Numbered from the whole stretch's first letter, positions 36,881-50,685 are shown. The stretch: 63,036 bases of DNA, filler included, from Octopus bimaculoides (GCF_001194135.2; 8 parts of 7 records of this genome joined end to end with filler, not necessarily neighbours in it), one strand, 5' to 3'. Numbers and translations: made by a program. The notes: generated by a model from the letters alone, not told the origin.

Positions 36881-39490
36881 AAAGTGTAAACAAAAGAGGA
36901 ACTACACCCACCCACAAATCGCAAGAGCTACTTTCGGATGTTGTCAGCTCTCCGCCTGATGGAGACAAAAGTTATGAAAATGTCAGAAACCCTTTTGAAT
37001 CATCAGGTGGTATCTTAGGGTCACTAGCCATTCACCTCTTCGTCTGAGTGGGTTAACGAGGTTTGAATTAGTCTCCGCCTGTAGAAGGGTACCGACTACA
37101 ATCACCTTGAGCTGCTTTTAATTGCTGGCTGGTTGGTTTCAGTATATATTTTATAGAACTACGCACACGATATACTTTCAATTTACGAAAGTAGAAAAAA
37201 AAATGTAAAGCAATCAGCTTCGCTGCTTGGCAAAATCGTAATCTCCGTAGCTGAAAACATAGGAATCCGAAGGAAATTTTGAGTTAAAAAAAAAAAAATA
37301 GAGACAGAGGGAACTTTTTGACACGTTCGCTTGGACACTACCGAACAAGGTCAGTGTTTCTAATTTTAATTTGTGATCACATGCCGAAAAAGCGCCAAGT
37401 ATTTCATACATTACACAAATGCTTTGTGAAATATCGATATACGAAACACTTAAAGAATTTAATGAATTTCGAGTTTGTTTTTTGTTGTGTTGTTTTTCCC
37501 TTCCTGGTTTGTCTGTATTTCTTTTCGAGTTTAAACGCCGCTATTGTAAAGAATTGCCTTCACTGATTTGTATATCTTGCTGTAAAAAAAATGCATTATT
37601 AAATATTCATATATGAAACATTACTGTTTGTTTCTTTTAAAAAAATTATGGTATTCATATATGTCTTGTGCTGTTTCTGTTTTATTTTATTTATTTAGTT
37701 TTCTTTTTGTTGTTTGTTTTTTCATTTTCATTTTCCTGTTTGTCTTTCAATTTAGGCCGCTCGTATAAAAGATCGCCTGGTTTACCTGTCTGCGCGCACA
37801 AATTTCCACGAAAACAGCTTTTCGTAATCGTTGCTGTCTCATCTCGTTTCCCGAAACACTAAACAAACTTTTGTTGGATCACGCCACGGGGAAAAACCCA
37901 ATTACGTTCAAGTCCAGCCCAGACTAATGAGAAATCTGCGAAAATAGATTAGTGCTATATAAAACGCTCAAGCTGCAATTAAGTCCCAGTTCCACTTTTT
38001 TTACAAGGATAGGGTAAGTGTTATGTATCGTAGCAACTTTTTGAGCGACCGAATACAACGACGTTTGTTTTGCAAGTGAAAAAGACAGTGAAATCGTGTT
38101 GGATTCCCGCCATTAAGTTATTGCAAAATATTACTTTTTTTTATATATATATATATAAGAACTTTTCTTGCAATGGCTGTACTTGTTTCAGGGACATTTT
38201 TAAAACTTTAATTCATTATTTGTCTCTTTCTCTCTATCTATCACTGTTTCTCTCCCCCCTCTCTCAGCTCTCTTTCTTTCCCTTCCCTCTCAGCTCTAGC
38301 TCTCCCTCTTTCTCTCTCTCAACTCTCTTCCCTCTCTCTTTCTTTTTCTCCATCTCTTTCTCTGCTCTTCTCTCTCTCTCTCCCTCCTCCAACCCTCTGA
38401 CATTTTCTTATTCACATCGAAACCACTTAACCATAATTCTGACAATTGTCAAGTAGAAGTTGTTTTCCCAACAACTGACATCTTTCAGTCCCGTCATTTA
38501 TTCGAAACTAAACTAATAATTAACAACTAGGCTGGAAGTGCTTAATCAAGACATTCTTTTAAAAAACTCTTAAGTACTTGAACTAACAAAAACACCCTTC
38601 ACATGAACATACTGTATTTTATACACAATGTATAATGAATAAAACAGTTTATTATATAGATTGGGGTTAACACGTAAGAAAATTACAGTAAATTTGTGAC
38701 GTGCAGAATATTGTTATACACACCGTATGGAATACACGGGACGTATATATACCCTGTGTGTATATACAATGTATGGAGCATTAAAATATCGTTATATACG
38801 GTTATATACGAGTACGATTAATGATTTATAGTGCTTCTGAGGCGTAAAATTTCTAATGCATTGATTGGGAATAATGATTCGTGATTGAGAGTAAGAACGC
38901 CAGGAATTTGTAAGAAAAAGGGTTAGTCGATTAAATCGAACCCTAGTACCTTGTTTTATCGATCACCGAAAAGATGAAATATAAAGTTGACCTCGGATGG
39001 ATTTGAACTTGGAATGTAAAGGATCGGAGTGACTACAGCAGTGCTATAGAAAAAGCTGTGCTTACCCACGTCGAGATTTGAACTCGTGATGTAAAAAGAC
39101 GTACACTTACATCATTTCTTAAAACAATGCATTTAAAGAAAGAGAGAAACTGTCTCTAATAACTGTCGTATAAACTCATTAGTTCTTCCAGCGAGGATTG
39201 CTTGTGCTTTTTGCGTAATTTAATTAATGCCGTTAGATATATATGGACCGCTGAACTAAACAGAAGACACCGTATGTAAACCTTTTATTATTATTAATTA
39301 AGTGAATAATTAATTATAAAACCATTATTATTATCTTTTCATTCAACTTCCTTTCTACTACTTTCTACTGCTGTTATGTTTGGGCGATTTTGTATTATAG
39401 CGTACCGTTTTCACTTCTTTATCAAGATTGTTTACATTTGCACAGCTCTCTCTCTATCTATCTATCTATCTATCTCTCTCTATCTCTGCA

Positions 39491-39528
<38 letters not shown>

Positions 39529-39652
39529 GGAGTAAGCACATGAAATGTGCAACAAGGTGGAAAAAAGAGTGCTCAAATACCAGAGGTAGAGTAATATGCT
39601 TTATTTAAAAGCAGCAGAAATATAACAAAAGACTGTTACTCTGAGTTTCACG

Positions 39653-39873
39653 GGTACTACTAAAGCAGCACGGACCCGAACGCGCAGTCGCGCGTCTGCG
39701 CTAGCTAGTCTTGAGTGGTCGATCCTAACCCTAACCCTAACCCTGTCCCTAACCCTAACCCTAACCCTATCCCAAACCCGCGTGTGCAAATGAATACGTG
39801 GTTAGGGTTAGGGTTAGGATCGACCACTCACGACTAGCTAGCGCGGACAGGACCGTGCTGCTTTAGTAGTACC
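39653..39873. mobile_element. Mutator-like MITE, 221 bp, with internal CCCTAA/TTAGGG repeats
   Basis: Perfect 21-bp TIR GGTACTACTAAAGCAGCACGG plus a second IR block of about 44 bp; exact 9-bp TSD AGTTTCACG (39644-39652, 39874-39882). Confidence 0.85.
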
Positions 39874-39911
39874 AGTTTCACGTTCTCATTCATCGGACAG
39901 TTTCTAACAAA

Positions 39912-39951
39912 ACTGTCCGATGAACGGGAGCGTGAAACTCAGAGTAACAGT
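39912..39951 (+). ncRNA. Type I hammerhead motif H8 (U4C core)
   Basis: ACUGU-CCGAUGA-ACG(GGAG)CGU-GAAA-CUCAGAG-UA/ACAGU; stem I extends by UAACAAA/UUUGUUA after a 2-nt bulge. Confidence 0.75.
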
Positions 39952-40000
39952 CTTTTGTTATATTTCTGCTGCTTTTAAATAAAGTATATATATATATATA

Positions 40001-40128
40001 CAGGGTGTTCACAAAGTCTGGGTACATGGGGATTAACACATACTTTAAGAAAGCATTATTTCTTATATTTAATTGTTTATGTTATGATTTTATGTACTCC
40101 ATCTACCCAGTCTTTGTGGGACACCCTG
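40001..40128. mobile_element. Tc1/mariner-type MITE, 128 bp
   Basis: TA|CAGGGTGTTCACAAAGTCTGGGTA ... TACCCAGTCTTTGTGGGACACCCTG; right-hand TA is mutated. Confidence 0.75.
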
Positions 40129-40828
40129 TTGTTGTTGTTGGCACTCCGTCGCTTACGACGTCGAGGGTTCCNNNNNNNNNNNNNNNNNNNNNNNNNNNNN
40201 NNNNNNNNNNNNNNNNNNNNNNNNNNNNNNNNNNNNNNNNNNNNNNNNNNNNNNNNNNNNNNNNNNNNNNNACTGTAGGTGAATATTTTAGTGCTATTGT
40301 GCAAAATTATTACTGACTAAAAATTTCAACACGGCATCGCTGACAGCCATTGTCTTTAACATCTTGGATAAGGTCATTTGTCAGCGATGGCCTACAAGTT
40401 GACAACTAACATATACGTATAATCTTTACAATAAACGCCTTGTTTATGGTTTTTCAGCCACGAGTGTATATAATCTCGTTCATTATATTCCAAACAAACG
40501 CTTCTTTGCTTTTTTTACTGATGACAGAATAGATGTATGTATATATTTACAGGCATGCATTTATCTCCTAGAAACATAATTACGTTCAGAATAAAAAGAA
40601 AGATTGTGTGTATTATATTACAATACCTATATACTGATTGATTTTCAATTCTTTCTAATTGCTTTATTGATCTTTTATATATTTATTGCACTAGCCTTGC
40701 TAACGATAATAGAGCTCTCTCGAAGACTTTATTCGCGAAATACATTAGGAATGTATGTATATATATGTGTGTGTGTGTGTATTATATATTACATATATAT
40801 ATATATATATATATATGTTATATCATAC

Positions 40829-40860
<32 letters not shown>

Positions 40861-40865
40861 GTATG

Positions 40866-40927
<62 letters not shown>

Positions 40928-41945
40928 NNNNNNNNNNNNNNNNNNNNNNNNNNNNNNNNNNNNNNNNNNNNNNNNNNNNNNNNNNNNNNNNNNNNNNNNN
41001 NNNNNNNNNNNNNNNNNNNNNNNNNNNNNNNNNNNNNNNNNNNNNNNNNNNNNNNNNNNNNNNNNNNNNNNNNNNNNNNNNNNNNNNNNNNNNNNNNNNN
41101 NNNNNNNNNNNNNNNNNNNNNNNNNNNNNNNNNNNNNNNNNNNNNNNNNNNNNNNNNNNNNNNNNNNNNNNNNNNNNNNNNNNNNNNNNNNNNNNNNNNN
41201 NNNNNNNNNNNNNNNNNNNNNNNNNNNNNNNNNNNNNNNNNNNNNNNNNNNNNNNNNNNNNNNNNNNNNNNNNNNNNNNNNNNNNNNNNNNNNNNNNNNN
41301 NNNNNNNNNNNNNNNNNNNNNNNNNNNNNNNNNNNNNNNNNNNNNNNNNNNNNNNNNNNNNNNNNNNNNNNNNNNNNNNNNNNNNNNNNNNNNNNNNNNN
41401 NNNNNNNNNNNNNNNNNNNNNNNNNNNNNNNNNNNNNNNNNNNNNNNNNNNNNNNNNNNNNNNNNNNNNNNNNNNNNNNNNNNNNNNNNNNNNNNNNNNN
41501 NNNNNNNNNNNNNNNNNNNNNNNNNNNNNNNNNNNNNNNNNNNNNNNNNNNNNNNNNNNNNNNNNNNNNNNNNNNNNNNNNNNNNNNNNNNNNNNNNNNN
41601 NNNNNNNNNNNNNNNNNNNNNNNNNNNNNNNNNNNNNNNNNNNNNNNNNNNNNNNNNNNNNNNNNNNNNNNNNNNNNNNNNNNNNNNNNNNNNNNNNNNN
41701 NNNNNNNNNNNNNNNNNNNNNNNNNNNNNNNNNNNNNNNNNNNNNNNNNNNNNNNNNNNNNNNNNNNNNNNATATATATACATACATACATATACACACT
41801 TACACTCACATATACTTATCAAGCCATCGATTTACCTTTACAGAATGAAAAAACCCAGACAAATCAATATTCACTTAGATTAGTGATACACCGGTGGAGG
41901 TGTTCACACAGGGAATCGTTCAAGTAAGAAGGATAGAAAAAAAAA

Positions 41946-41979
<34 letters not shown>

Positions 41980-42179
41980 TGTATAATATTCTTGTCACGA
42001 CTACGACCAACGACAACAAATAAAAATAAAAAACCCTCCCCCATCACTACTACCACCACTACTACTACTACAACCACTGCCACTAATACTTCTACTATAA
42101 CCACTACTACTGCCACTTGTACAACAACCACTACTACAACTACTATTACAACCGCTTCTATCACAACCTGCACAACCTC

Positions 42180-42405
42180 ACTACAACTACCACCACTACA
42201 ACTACCACCACTACAACTACCACCACTACAACTACCACCACTACAGCTACCTCCACTACAACTACCTCCACTACAACTACCACCACTACAACTACCAGCA
42301 CTACAACTACCACCACTACAACTACCAGCACTACAACTACCTCCACTACAACTACCACTACTACAACTACCACTACTACAACTACCACCACTACAACTAC
42401 CTCTA
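42180..42405. repeat. 15-bp minisatellite (ACTACAACTACCACC)x15 within an (ACT/ACC/ACA)n-rich tract
   Basis: Read directly; produces the LQLPP, poly-Thr and GGSCS ORFs. Confidence 0.9.
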
Positions 42406-42800
42406 CTATGATCAATACCACCATTAACAATAACGATATCAATCAACAACACGTTTTCCTCAGCCACCATTAATGACAGCTGCATGGCGTCTATAATAAT
42501 CCTCAACCATCAACAACAACAATATCAACAACAACAATACCAAGTGCCACGGCAGAGACACCAACACGGCAAGAATAACCAGCTTTTTAACGATTACCAT
42601 TAACACCAAAATCATCACTGACGTGGCCACCACCATCAGCAACAATAACAACTCCATCACAATCACAACCACAGCCACCAATTTCATGACCACCGTCTAC
42701 AACAGAGGTTCTCAACTATTTTTTTTTTACCTCTGGCCCCTTCGATTACTATTGTATTCTGGTGGACACCATAGCCGTTCGATGTTTAAAAACTAGTTTA

Positions 42801-43815
42801 GGTTATCGACGAAACGTTTGATGAGGAAATGACCAGTGAGAGGTCAGCTCGAAAATGGTTTAAGTGATTTCGCAGTGGAGACCTGAGCCTTGAAGATCGT
42901 GTGCGTACTGGACGCCCATCTGTCATCGATGACGGTCAATTAAAGACCGTCATTGAGAAAGGTCCACGTAAAACCACTCGAGAACTGGCAAAAGAACTTC
43001 AAGTCAGTCAGAAAACTGCCTGCAACCATTTGCATGCGATCGGAAAATCAAAAATGCTCGACAAATGGGTACCACAAGATATGAATGAAAATCAGAAAAT
43101 GCACAGATATGAAATTTGCTCGTTGCTTCTTCTCCATAACCAGACCAATCCATTTCTCAGCCGTATTGTAACTTGTAATAAAAGTTGATTCTGTACAATA
43201 ATAAAAAACGTTCTTCACAGTGGTTGGACCAAAATGAAGCTCCGAAAATCTCTGTACTCGAGCTCTTCAAAAAGAAGGTTATAGTAACTGTTTGTTGGTG
43301 AACTTCTGGACTCATCCACTGTAACTTCTTAAAACCCGGAAAAACCATTACTGCGGAAACATATTGCCATGAAATTGCCAAAATAAACGAAAAAATGCTA
43401 CTCATCCGTCCCAGACTGGTCAACAGAAGAGCGCCAATCATTCTTCATGATAATGCTTGACCACACGTTTCACTAATGGCGTTCCAGAAGTTGAGAGAAC
43501 TTGGCTACAAAGTTCTTCCCCACTCAGCTTATTCCCCAGACCTTTCTAATGCTGCCTACCATTTTTTTCAAGCACCTTATGGTTTCCTGTGAGAGAAGGA
43601 TTTCAAAAATCAAACCGATGATGAAAGTACCTTCGAAGAGTTCATCAGCTCCAGAACTCCAGATTTTTATGTTACCGGAATAAACAAACTTGTAACTCGT
43701 TGGCAAAAATGTGTTGATTGTAATGGTTCTTTGATGAATAAAATATCCGCATTGTTGAAATATATCGTGGTGAATTTCATCTTTCAGAACGTTGCTTACT
43801 TTTTACTCAGCCTGA
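42801..43815 (+). pseudogene. Mariner (DD34D, Mos1/Hsmar1-like) transposase pseudogene with 3' TIR, 5'-truncated
   Basis: WFK*FRSGD.SLED..RTGRP; DKWVPQ; IVTC; LHDNA*PH; YSPDL; RWQKCV...G; terminal TTACTTTTTACTCAGCCTGA|TA. Confidence 0.95.
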
Positions 43816-43863
43816 TATACATATGTATTTATGCGTGTGTGTGTGTACGTATGTATGCATATG

Positions 43864-43895
<32 letters not shown>

Positions 43896-43939
43896 TTCAA
43901 GGTTAAATATGGTACTTATGCGTAGGCACNNNNNNNNNN

Positions 43940-43972
<33 letters not shown>

Positions 43973-46280
43973 GGTATGACATCAAACTGTATCCAGTTGC
44001 AAGGCTTATCTTGCAGTCAAAATGATACCAGTCGTCTTGAAATGTTCGTCATTGGAAACTTCTATGACGACCAAGAATGGTTTGAGTGTTGTAGGAGGTT
44101 TTTGTAACTTAACTCTAATGGCGTACAGTAGATGTCTCATTATCAATTCATTTCTTGATCTGTTTTATATTTTACCAGCAATGCATCTTGACGTTGCCCG
44201 GGTGTTAGGACCTAAAGCCACATTGTATTACTTGCTCCTTTCTTATGTGCAGAATCGACACAACTGAGTTAAAGTTAATGGCATAATGGAAGTTACTGTT
44301 TGTTTAATAGTGAAGGGCGAGCGTACAATTTGCATGGGTTTGCGTGAAAGTGCCTTAAGAAGGATCAGAAACTATATATTGTTTCATTGCATAAAAGGGG
44401 CTTAATACGATTTTGTCCAGAAATCGCATTTTCACACTTTTAATTTCCCTCCAACCCCACCGCAATTTCTTAATTTATAACTTTTTAATTTTTTTTTTTT
44501 TTTTGTTATCTACGTAGTAAAATACAGAGATTACGAATCTGGGAAATATATATATACTTTTTTTTATAGTTCAATTTTTCTTAAAGAAACATTCAATGCT
44601 CCTTTCCCCCACCTCACACACCCATCACCTACCCGCTTTCGAAAAGCTAAAATTTCCCAATCTTTCACTTTTGTCTGATATTTCCCGAATGCGTAGAGTT
44701 CTACTGAAATAGCAGACGTAAAAAATACTAGACCACCGCCAGAAAACGCGATATGCTAGAAACAATAGGTAAATTGCATTATTTCTGAAGAGACTCCCCT
44801 GCTTTCCAAAAAGCTAAAGCTGAAACATTGCGAGTGTGTAGCTTTTTCAAAGTAGTGGAGTCATGGGTAAAATTCTTAAATATTCGTACTCTCTGTTTTT
44901 TACTCCATGGATTACCAAGAAAAAATTTGAAAAAAGTAAAAATCCTCATATNNNNNNNNNNNNNNNNNNNNNNNNNNNNNNNNNNNNNNNNNNNNTTAAT
45001 TAATTAANNNNNNNNNNNNNNNNNNNNNNNNNNNNNNNNNNNNNNNNNNNNATATATATATATATATATATAATATTAGGGATAAAAATTCAAATTTACA
45101 GGTAAAAACTCAATTCAATCCAATTTATTAAAAATTAAAATTAAATTAAGTTTCACAGTATAAAATATAAATATATAATTTTAGAGAAAAGAACCAAGGT
45201 TCATGAACTCATCGATGAAAATCCAGTCACATATAGAAAATTAATAAGTAAAAGCACAATAAATAAGTATAATATAATACAAAGTAAATATCATAAGATA
45301 ATGATAATAATAATGAAAATGATAATAATAACAATATTTATACACACGTATGTATGTATGTATGTGTGTATGTATTGAGCGAACTCCTTTGGGACGAAAA
45401 ATAAAATGGAGAACGTCATGTCAAAATGGCGTAAGACACTTTGTTTCAACCAGCATTAACAGTCTTAGGTGTGCAAGGCAAGCGGCTACAAATGTGCTGC
45501 CTGCACTGATTCGTAATACTCATACTCCCAACAGCTGCAGGCTTCTTTGCAAATCATTGCCGGTACTCAAATGTCACATTCGTCATAACCATTATGATTG
45601 ACAAAGAAAGTGTAGTATATCGGATCCATATATATATATATATATATATATATANNNNNNNNNNNNNNNNNNNNNNNNNNNNNNNNNNNNNNNNNNNNNN
45701 NNNNNNNNNNNNNNNNNNNNNNNNNNNNNNNNNNNNNNNNNNNNNNNNNNNNNNNNNNNNNNNNNNNNNNNNNNNNNNNNNNNNNNNNNNNNNNNNNNNN
45801 NNNNNNNNNNNNNNNNNNNNNNNNNNNNNNNNNNNNNNNNNNNNNNNNNNNNNNNNNNNNNNNNNNNNNNNNNNNNNNNNNNNNNNNNNNNNNNNNNNNN
45901 NNNNNNNNNNNNNNNNNNNNNNNNNNNNNNNNNNNNNNNNNNNNNNNNNNNNNNNNNNNNNNNNNNNNNNNNNNNNNNNNNNNNNNNNNNNNNNNNNNNN
46001 NNNNNNNNNNNNNNNNNNNNNNNNNNNNNNNNNNNNNNNNNNNNNNNNNNNNNNNNNNNNNNNNNNNNNNNNNNNNNNNNNNNNNNNNNNNNNNNNNNNN
46101 NNNNNNNNNNNNNNNNNNNNNNNNNNNNNNNNNNNNNNNNNNNNNNNNNNNNNNNNNNNNNNNNNNNNNNNNNNNNNNNNNNNNNNNNNNNNNNNNNNNN
46201 NNNNNNNNNNNNNNNNNNNNNNNNNNNNNNNNNNNNNNNNNNNNNNNNNNNNNNNNNNNNNNNNNNNNNNNNNNNNNNNN

Positions 46281-46354
<74 letters not shown>

Positions 46355-46954
46355 CATATGTATGAAAATATACACACACATACACGCTTTACTTTTGTTT
46401 TCGACATAACTTATAACATTCCAAAGGAAAACAAAAACTGAGATAAGCAGTTTAAACGGTTGAGACAGATAAAACCACAAAACAAACAAAGAAAAAAAAA
46501 GAAGACATATAGCAGAATACTACACAGGCAGACAGACGTTGAGACAGACAGGCAGACACTCAGACGTGCAGACATGAACTGAACATTCCAAGCCCTCATT
46601 CTGTCTATAATTGATGAATTATTTCCCTATCATCAGATAATAAACAATTTGTAACACTATCGCTGCTTCTCTCTCACACCACTTTCCTCTGTCTCTCTGT
46701 CACTTTTTCTCACCCTCTGTGTGTGTGCTTGTGTGTGTGCGTGTGTGCTTGTGTGTGTGCGTGTGCGTTTGTGTGTTTATCTCTTACCTTCCCTATGTGC
46801 GTACACGTTCGTACACGCATATACGCGTAGAAACACTAACATTAGTAAGCTTACACATACATAAATTCATATTTGTGTTAAACAGGCAAGTTCATCCGAA
46901 TATCTCCGTTCGTACAACGGACGTATGATATATATTATTGTATTTTTTTAATTG

Positions 46955-47130
46955 CTTCAGTCATTTGATTGCGGCCATGCTGGAGCACCACCTTTAATCG
47001 AATAAATCGTCCCCAGGACTTATTATTTGTAAGCCTAGTCGGCTCTCTTTACCGAACCGCTATGTTACGGGTACGTTAACACACCAACATCGGTTGTCAA
47101 GCGATGGTGGGGGTCAAGCACAGACATAAA
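46955..47130 (-). mobile_element. SINE A 3' half
   Basis: Reverse complement of the family A 3' region. Confidence 0.8.
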
Positions 47131-47173
47131 TAACGAATACATACATACATACATACACACGCACGCACGTACA

Positions 47174-47229
<56 letters not shown>

Positions 47230-47765
47230 NNNNNNNNNNNNNNNNNNNNNNNNNNNNNNNNNNNNNNNNNNNNNNNNNNNNNNNNNNNNNNNNNNNNNNN
47301 NNNNNNNNNNNNNNNNNNNNNNNNNNNNNNNNNNNNNNNNNNNNNNNNNNNNNNNNNNNNNNNNNNNNNNNNNNNNNNNNNNNNNNNNNNNNNNNNNNNN
47401 NNNNNNNNNNNNNNNNNNNNNNNNNNNNNNNNNNNNNNNNNNNNNNNNNNNNNNNNNNNNNNNNNNNNNNNNNNNNNNNNNNNNNNNNNNNNNNNNNNNN
47501 NNNNNNNNNNNNNNNNNNNNNNNNNNNNNNNNNNNNNNNNNNNNNNNNNNNNNNNNNNNNNNNNNNNNNNNNNNNNNNNNNNNNNNNNNNNNNNNNNNNN
47601 NNNNNNNNNNNNNNNNNNNNNNNNNNNNNNNNNNNNNNNNNNNNNNNNNNNNNNNNNNNNNNNNNNNNNNNNNNNNNNNNNNNNNNNNNNNNNNNNNNNN
47701 NNNNNNNNNNNNNNNNNNNNNNNNNNNNNNNNNNNNNNNNNNNNNNNNNNNNNNNNNNNNNNNNN

Positions 47766-47794
<29 letters not shown>

Positions 47795-47797
<3 letters not shown>

Positions 47798-48100
47798 CAT
47801 TGGCACGCCGTCGGTTAAGACGGCGATGGTTCCAGTTGATCTGATCGACGGAACAATCTGCTCGTGAAATTAACGTGCAAGTGGTTGAACACTCCACAGA
47901 CATGCATACTCTTAACGTAGTTCCCGGGGAGATTCAGTGTGGTACAGGATGTGACAATGCTGGTTCTTTGAAATACAGGTACAACTCGTTTTTACCAGCT
48001 GAATGGACTGGACCAAAGTGAAATGGTTGACATAATGCGCCGCAATTTGTCTAACTCAGAACCATGACATTGTGAGCCGAATACCCTAAACGTCTTCATC
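47795..48100 (-). mobile_element. SINE family C
   Basis: Reverse complement of the 21880-22165 copy. Confidence 0.8.
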
Positions 48101-48110
48101 ACACACACGC

Positions 48111-48210
<100 letters not shown>

Positions 48211-48479
48211 TGTATTTGTCCCCCCAACTGGTACTGGTTTGTTTATGTTCCTGTAACTTAGCGGTTCGACAAAAAAATGAGTGTATAAGTAACAGACTTT
48301 AAAATGAATCTGTTATTTATGGTCTTCCCTTCTTTTTTTTTTTGTTTAATATTTTTAGCCGAACTGCTAAGTTACGAGTAAGTAAGCAAACAACACCGAT
48401 TGTCATGTGGTGGTGGTAGTGGTGGTGGAAAGACAAACACAAAACACATATACATACACGCGCGCACACACATACACAC

Positions 48480-48937
48480 GCCTACGTGCTTCGGCGTACT
48501 AACGTTTCTTTTCCACTCTAGGCACAAGGCCCGGAATTTTACAGGGAGGGGGCCATTGATCAGATCGACTCCAGTGCGTAACTGGTACATAATTTATCGA
48601 CCCTGAAAGGATGAAAGGCAAAGTCGACCTCGGTGGAATTTGAACTCAGAACATAAAGACAGACGAAATACCGCTAAACATTTCGCCCGGCGTTCTAACG
48701 TTTCTTATTTCTTTATTGCCCACAAGGGGCTAAACATAGAGAGGACAAACAAGGACAGACGAAGGGATTAAGTCGATTACATTGATCCCCAGTATAGAAC
48801 TGGTACTTAATTTATCGACCCCGAAAGGATGAAAGGCAAAGTCGATCTCAGTGGAATTTGAACTCAGAACGTAACGGCAGACGAAATACCGCTAAGCATT
48901 TCGCCCGGCGTGCTAACGTTTCTGCCAGCTCGCCGCC
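48480..48937 (-). mobile_element. Head-to-tail stack of SINE B copies (two bodies plus a third head remnant)
   Basis: Two junctions where a tail abuts GAAACGTTAG (about 48505 and 48705). Confidence 0.85.
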
Positions 48938-50079
48938 TTATGTCGTCACATATATTAGAAATAAATTGATTGGACGGCGAAAATACCAGTGGACAGGTCA
49001 GCAAATAGTTTGTTTCCTGTTTCCCCTCTTACCGCTTTTTCAACGGCTTCGAAGTTAAAAACTGCATTTTCCTTGCAGCCTAGACGTTAGCAGTATGTGG
49101 ATATGCACTAACACGTACATGTAATCGAATCTATTTACCCTGCCCTTTCTCTCTCTTTCTCTATCTCTCTAACTCTCCCTCTCCCTCTTTCCCTCTGTCT
49201 CTTTATCTTAGTGGTTAGGGCGTACGTCTTACGATCGTAAAGTCATGAGATCAATTCCCGGCGACGCGTTGTGTCCCTGAGCAAGACACTTTATTTCATG
49301 TTGCTCNNNNNNNNNNNNNNNNNNNNNNNNNNNNNNNNNNNNNNNNNNNNNNNNNNNNNNNNNNNNNNNNNNNNNNNNNNNNNNNNNNNNNNNNNNNNNN
49401 NNNNNNCACCAACAACAACACCAACACCACCAACACCACCACCACCACCAGTACCAACAACAACAACAATTGAATAACGACAGCACCAACATTATCATCA
49501 CCACTATTACCAGCAGCAGAAGCCCCACCACCACATCTACCACCACTACATCCACCACCACTTTCACCACGACCACCACCACCAACAACAACAACTACCA
49601 CTGACACAAACATTGACAACAGTAACAAGAACAACGATTAAATAAGTACCAACAACAGCAATAACAACCAAAACAACAGCTATTAAGCTTTCATCTAATT
49701 TACAGAGCCGTCGGTTGGTCTGGAGAGGAAATGAAGCGGGTGTTACTATGTCAGCACCAGATAGCCATGTCACCTTTACACACACACACACATACATACA
49801 CACAAACACACACACGCACATAAACATAAATATACATACACGCATACACACATTTAGATAGACGCACTCACTCAAGCACACAGATGCACACAAACGCGCA
49901 CGTTCGTGTTTCATATACTCAATAATAAGATTGCGACATCCCCTTCTCAGCCGTTGACATAATCAACGCATACATGCACCCGCACACACACATACACATA
50001 TACACATACATAAACATATGTATTGTGTTATGTTTAATATAAATCTACATAAATATATATATTTATATGAGATATACAT

Positions 50080-50134
<55 letters not shown>

Positions 50135-50213
50135 ATATATATATATGTATGTATACATATATAAATATATGTATGTATACATATGTATATATATGTATGT
50201 ATGGATACATATG

Positions 50214-50294
<81 letters not shown>

Positions 50295-50389
50295 GTATAT
50301 ACATATATAAATATATGTATGTGTACATATGTATATATATGTATGTATGGATACATATGTATATATATATATATATATACATATGTATC

Positions 50390-50429
<40 letters not shown>

Positions 50430-50529
50430 NNNNNNNNNNNNNNNNNNNNNNNNNNNNNNNNNNNNNNNNNNNNTTAATTAATTAANNNNNNNNNNNNNNN
50501 NNNNNNNNNNNNNNNNNNNNNNNNNNNNN

Positions 50530-50565
<36 letters not shown>

Positions 50566-50685
50566 GTGATAATTAGTCGCACAGGCTGTTTGATTGATCT
50601 GTTGGTGATTGGGGGTGGATCGAAGGGGTTCCGGAAAGAAAAGAGTAAGTTGAGCCAAGCAGCATCAGCTTTAGATATACATTTA

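Larger units (their letters stand above)
39526..39984. mobile_element. PLE-type terminal sequence forming a foldback with two opposite-strand hammerheads (H7 minus, split; H8 plus)
   Basis: Perfect 54-bp IR 39599-39652 / 39931-39984; flanked by (TA)n on both sides. Confidence 0.75.

Noticed and set aside
37756-37825. Strong polypyrimidine tract plus AG followed by short open frames, with TATA-like motifs nearby
   Set aside because: No identifiable product; needs RNA-seq.
41904-42506. Poly-Thr, LQLPP and GGSCS mucin-like ORFs
   Set aside because: All are translations of a 15-bp minisatellite in trinucleotide-repeat DNA.
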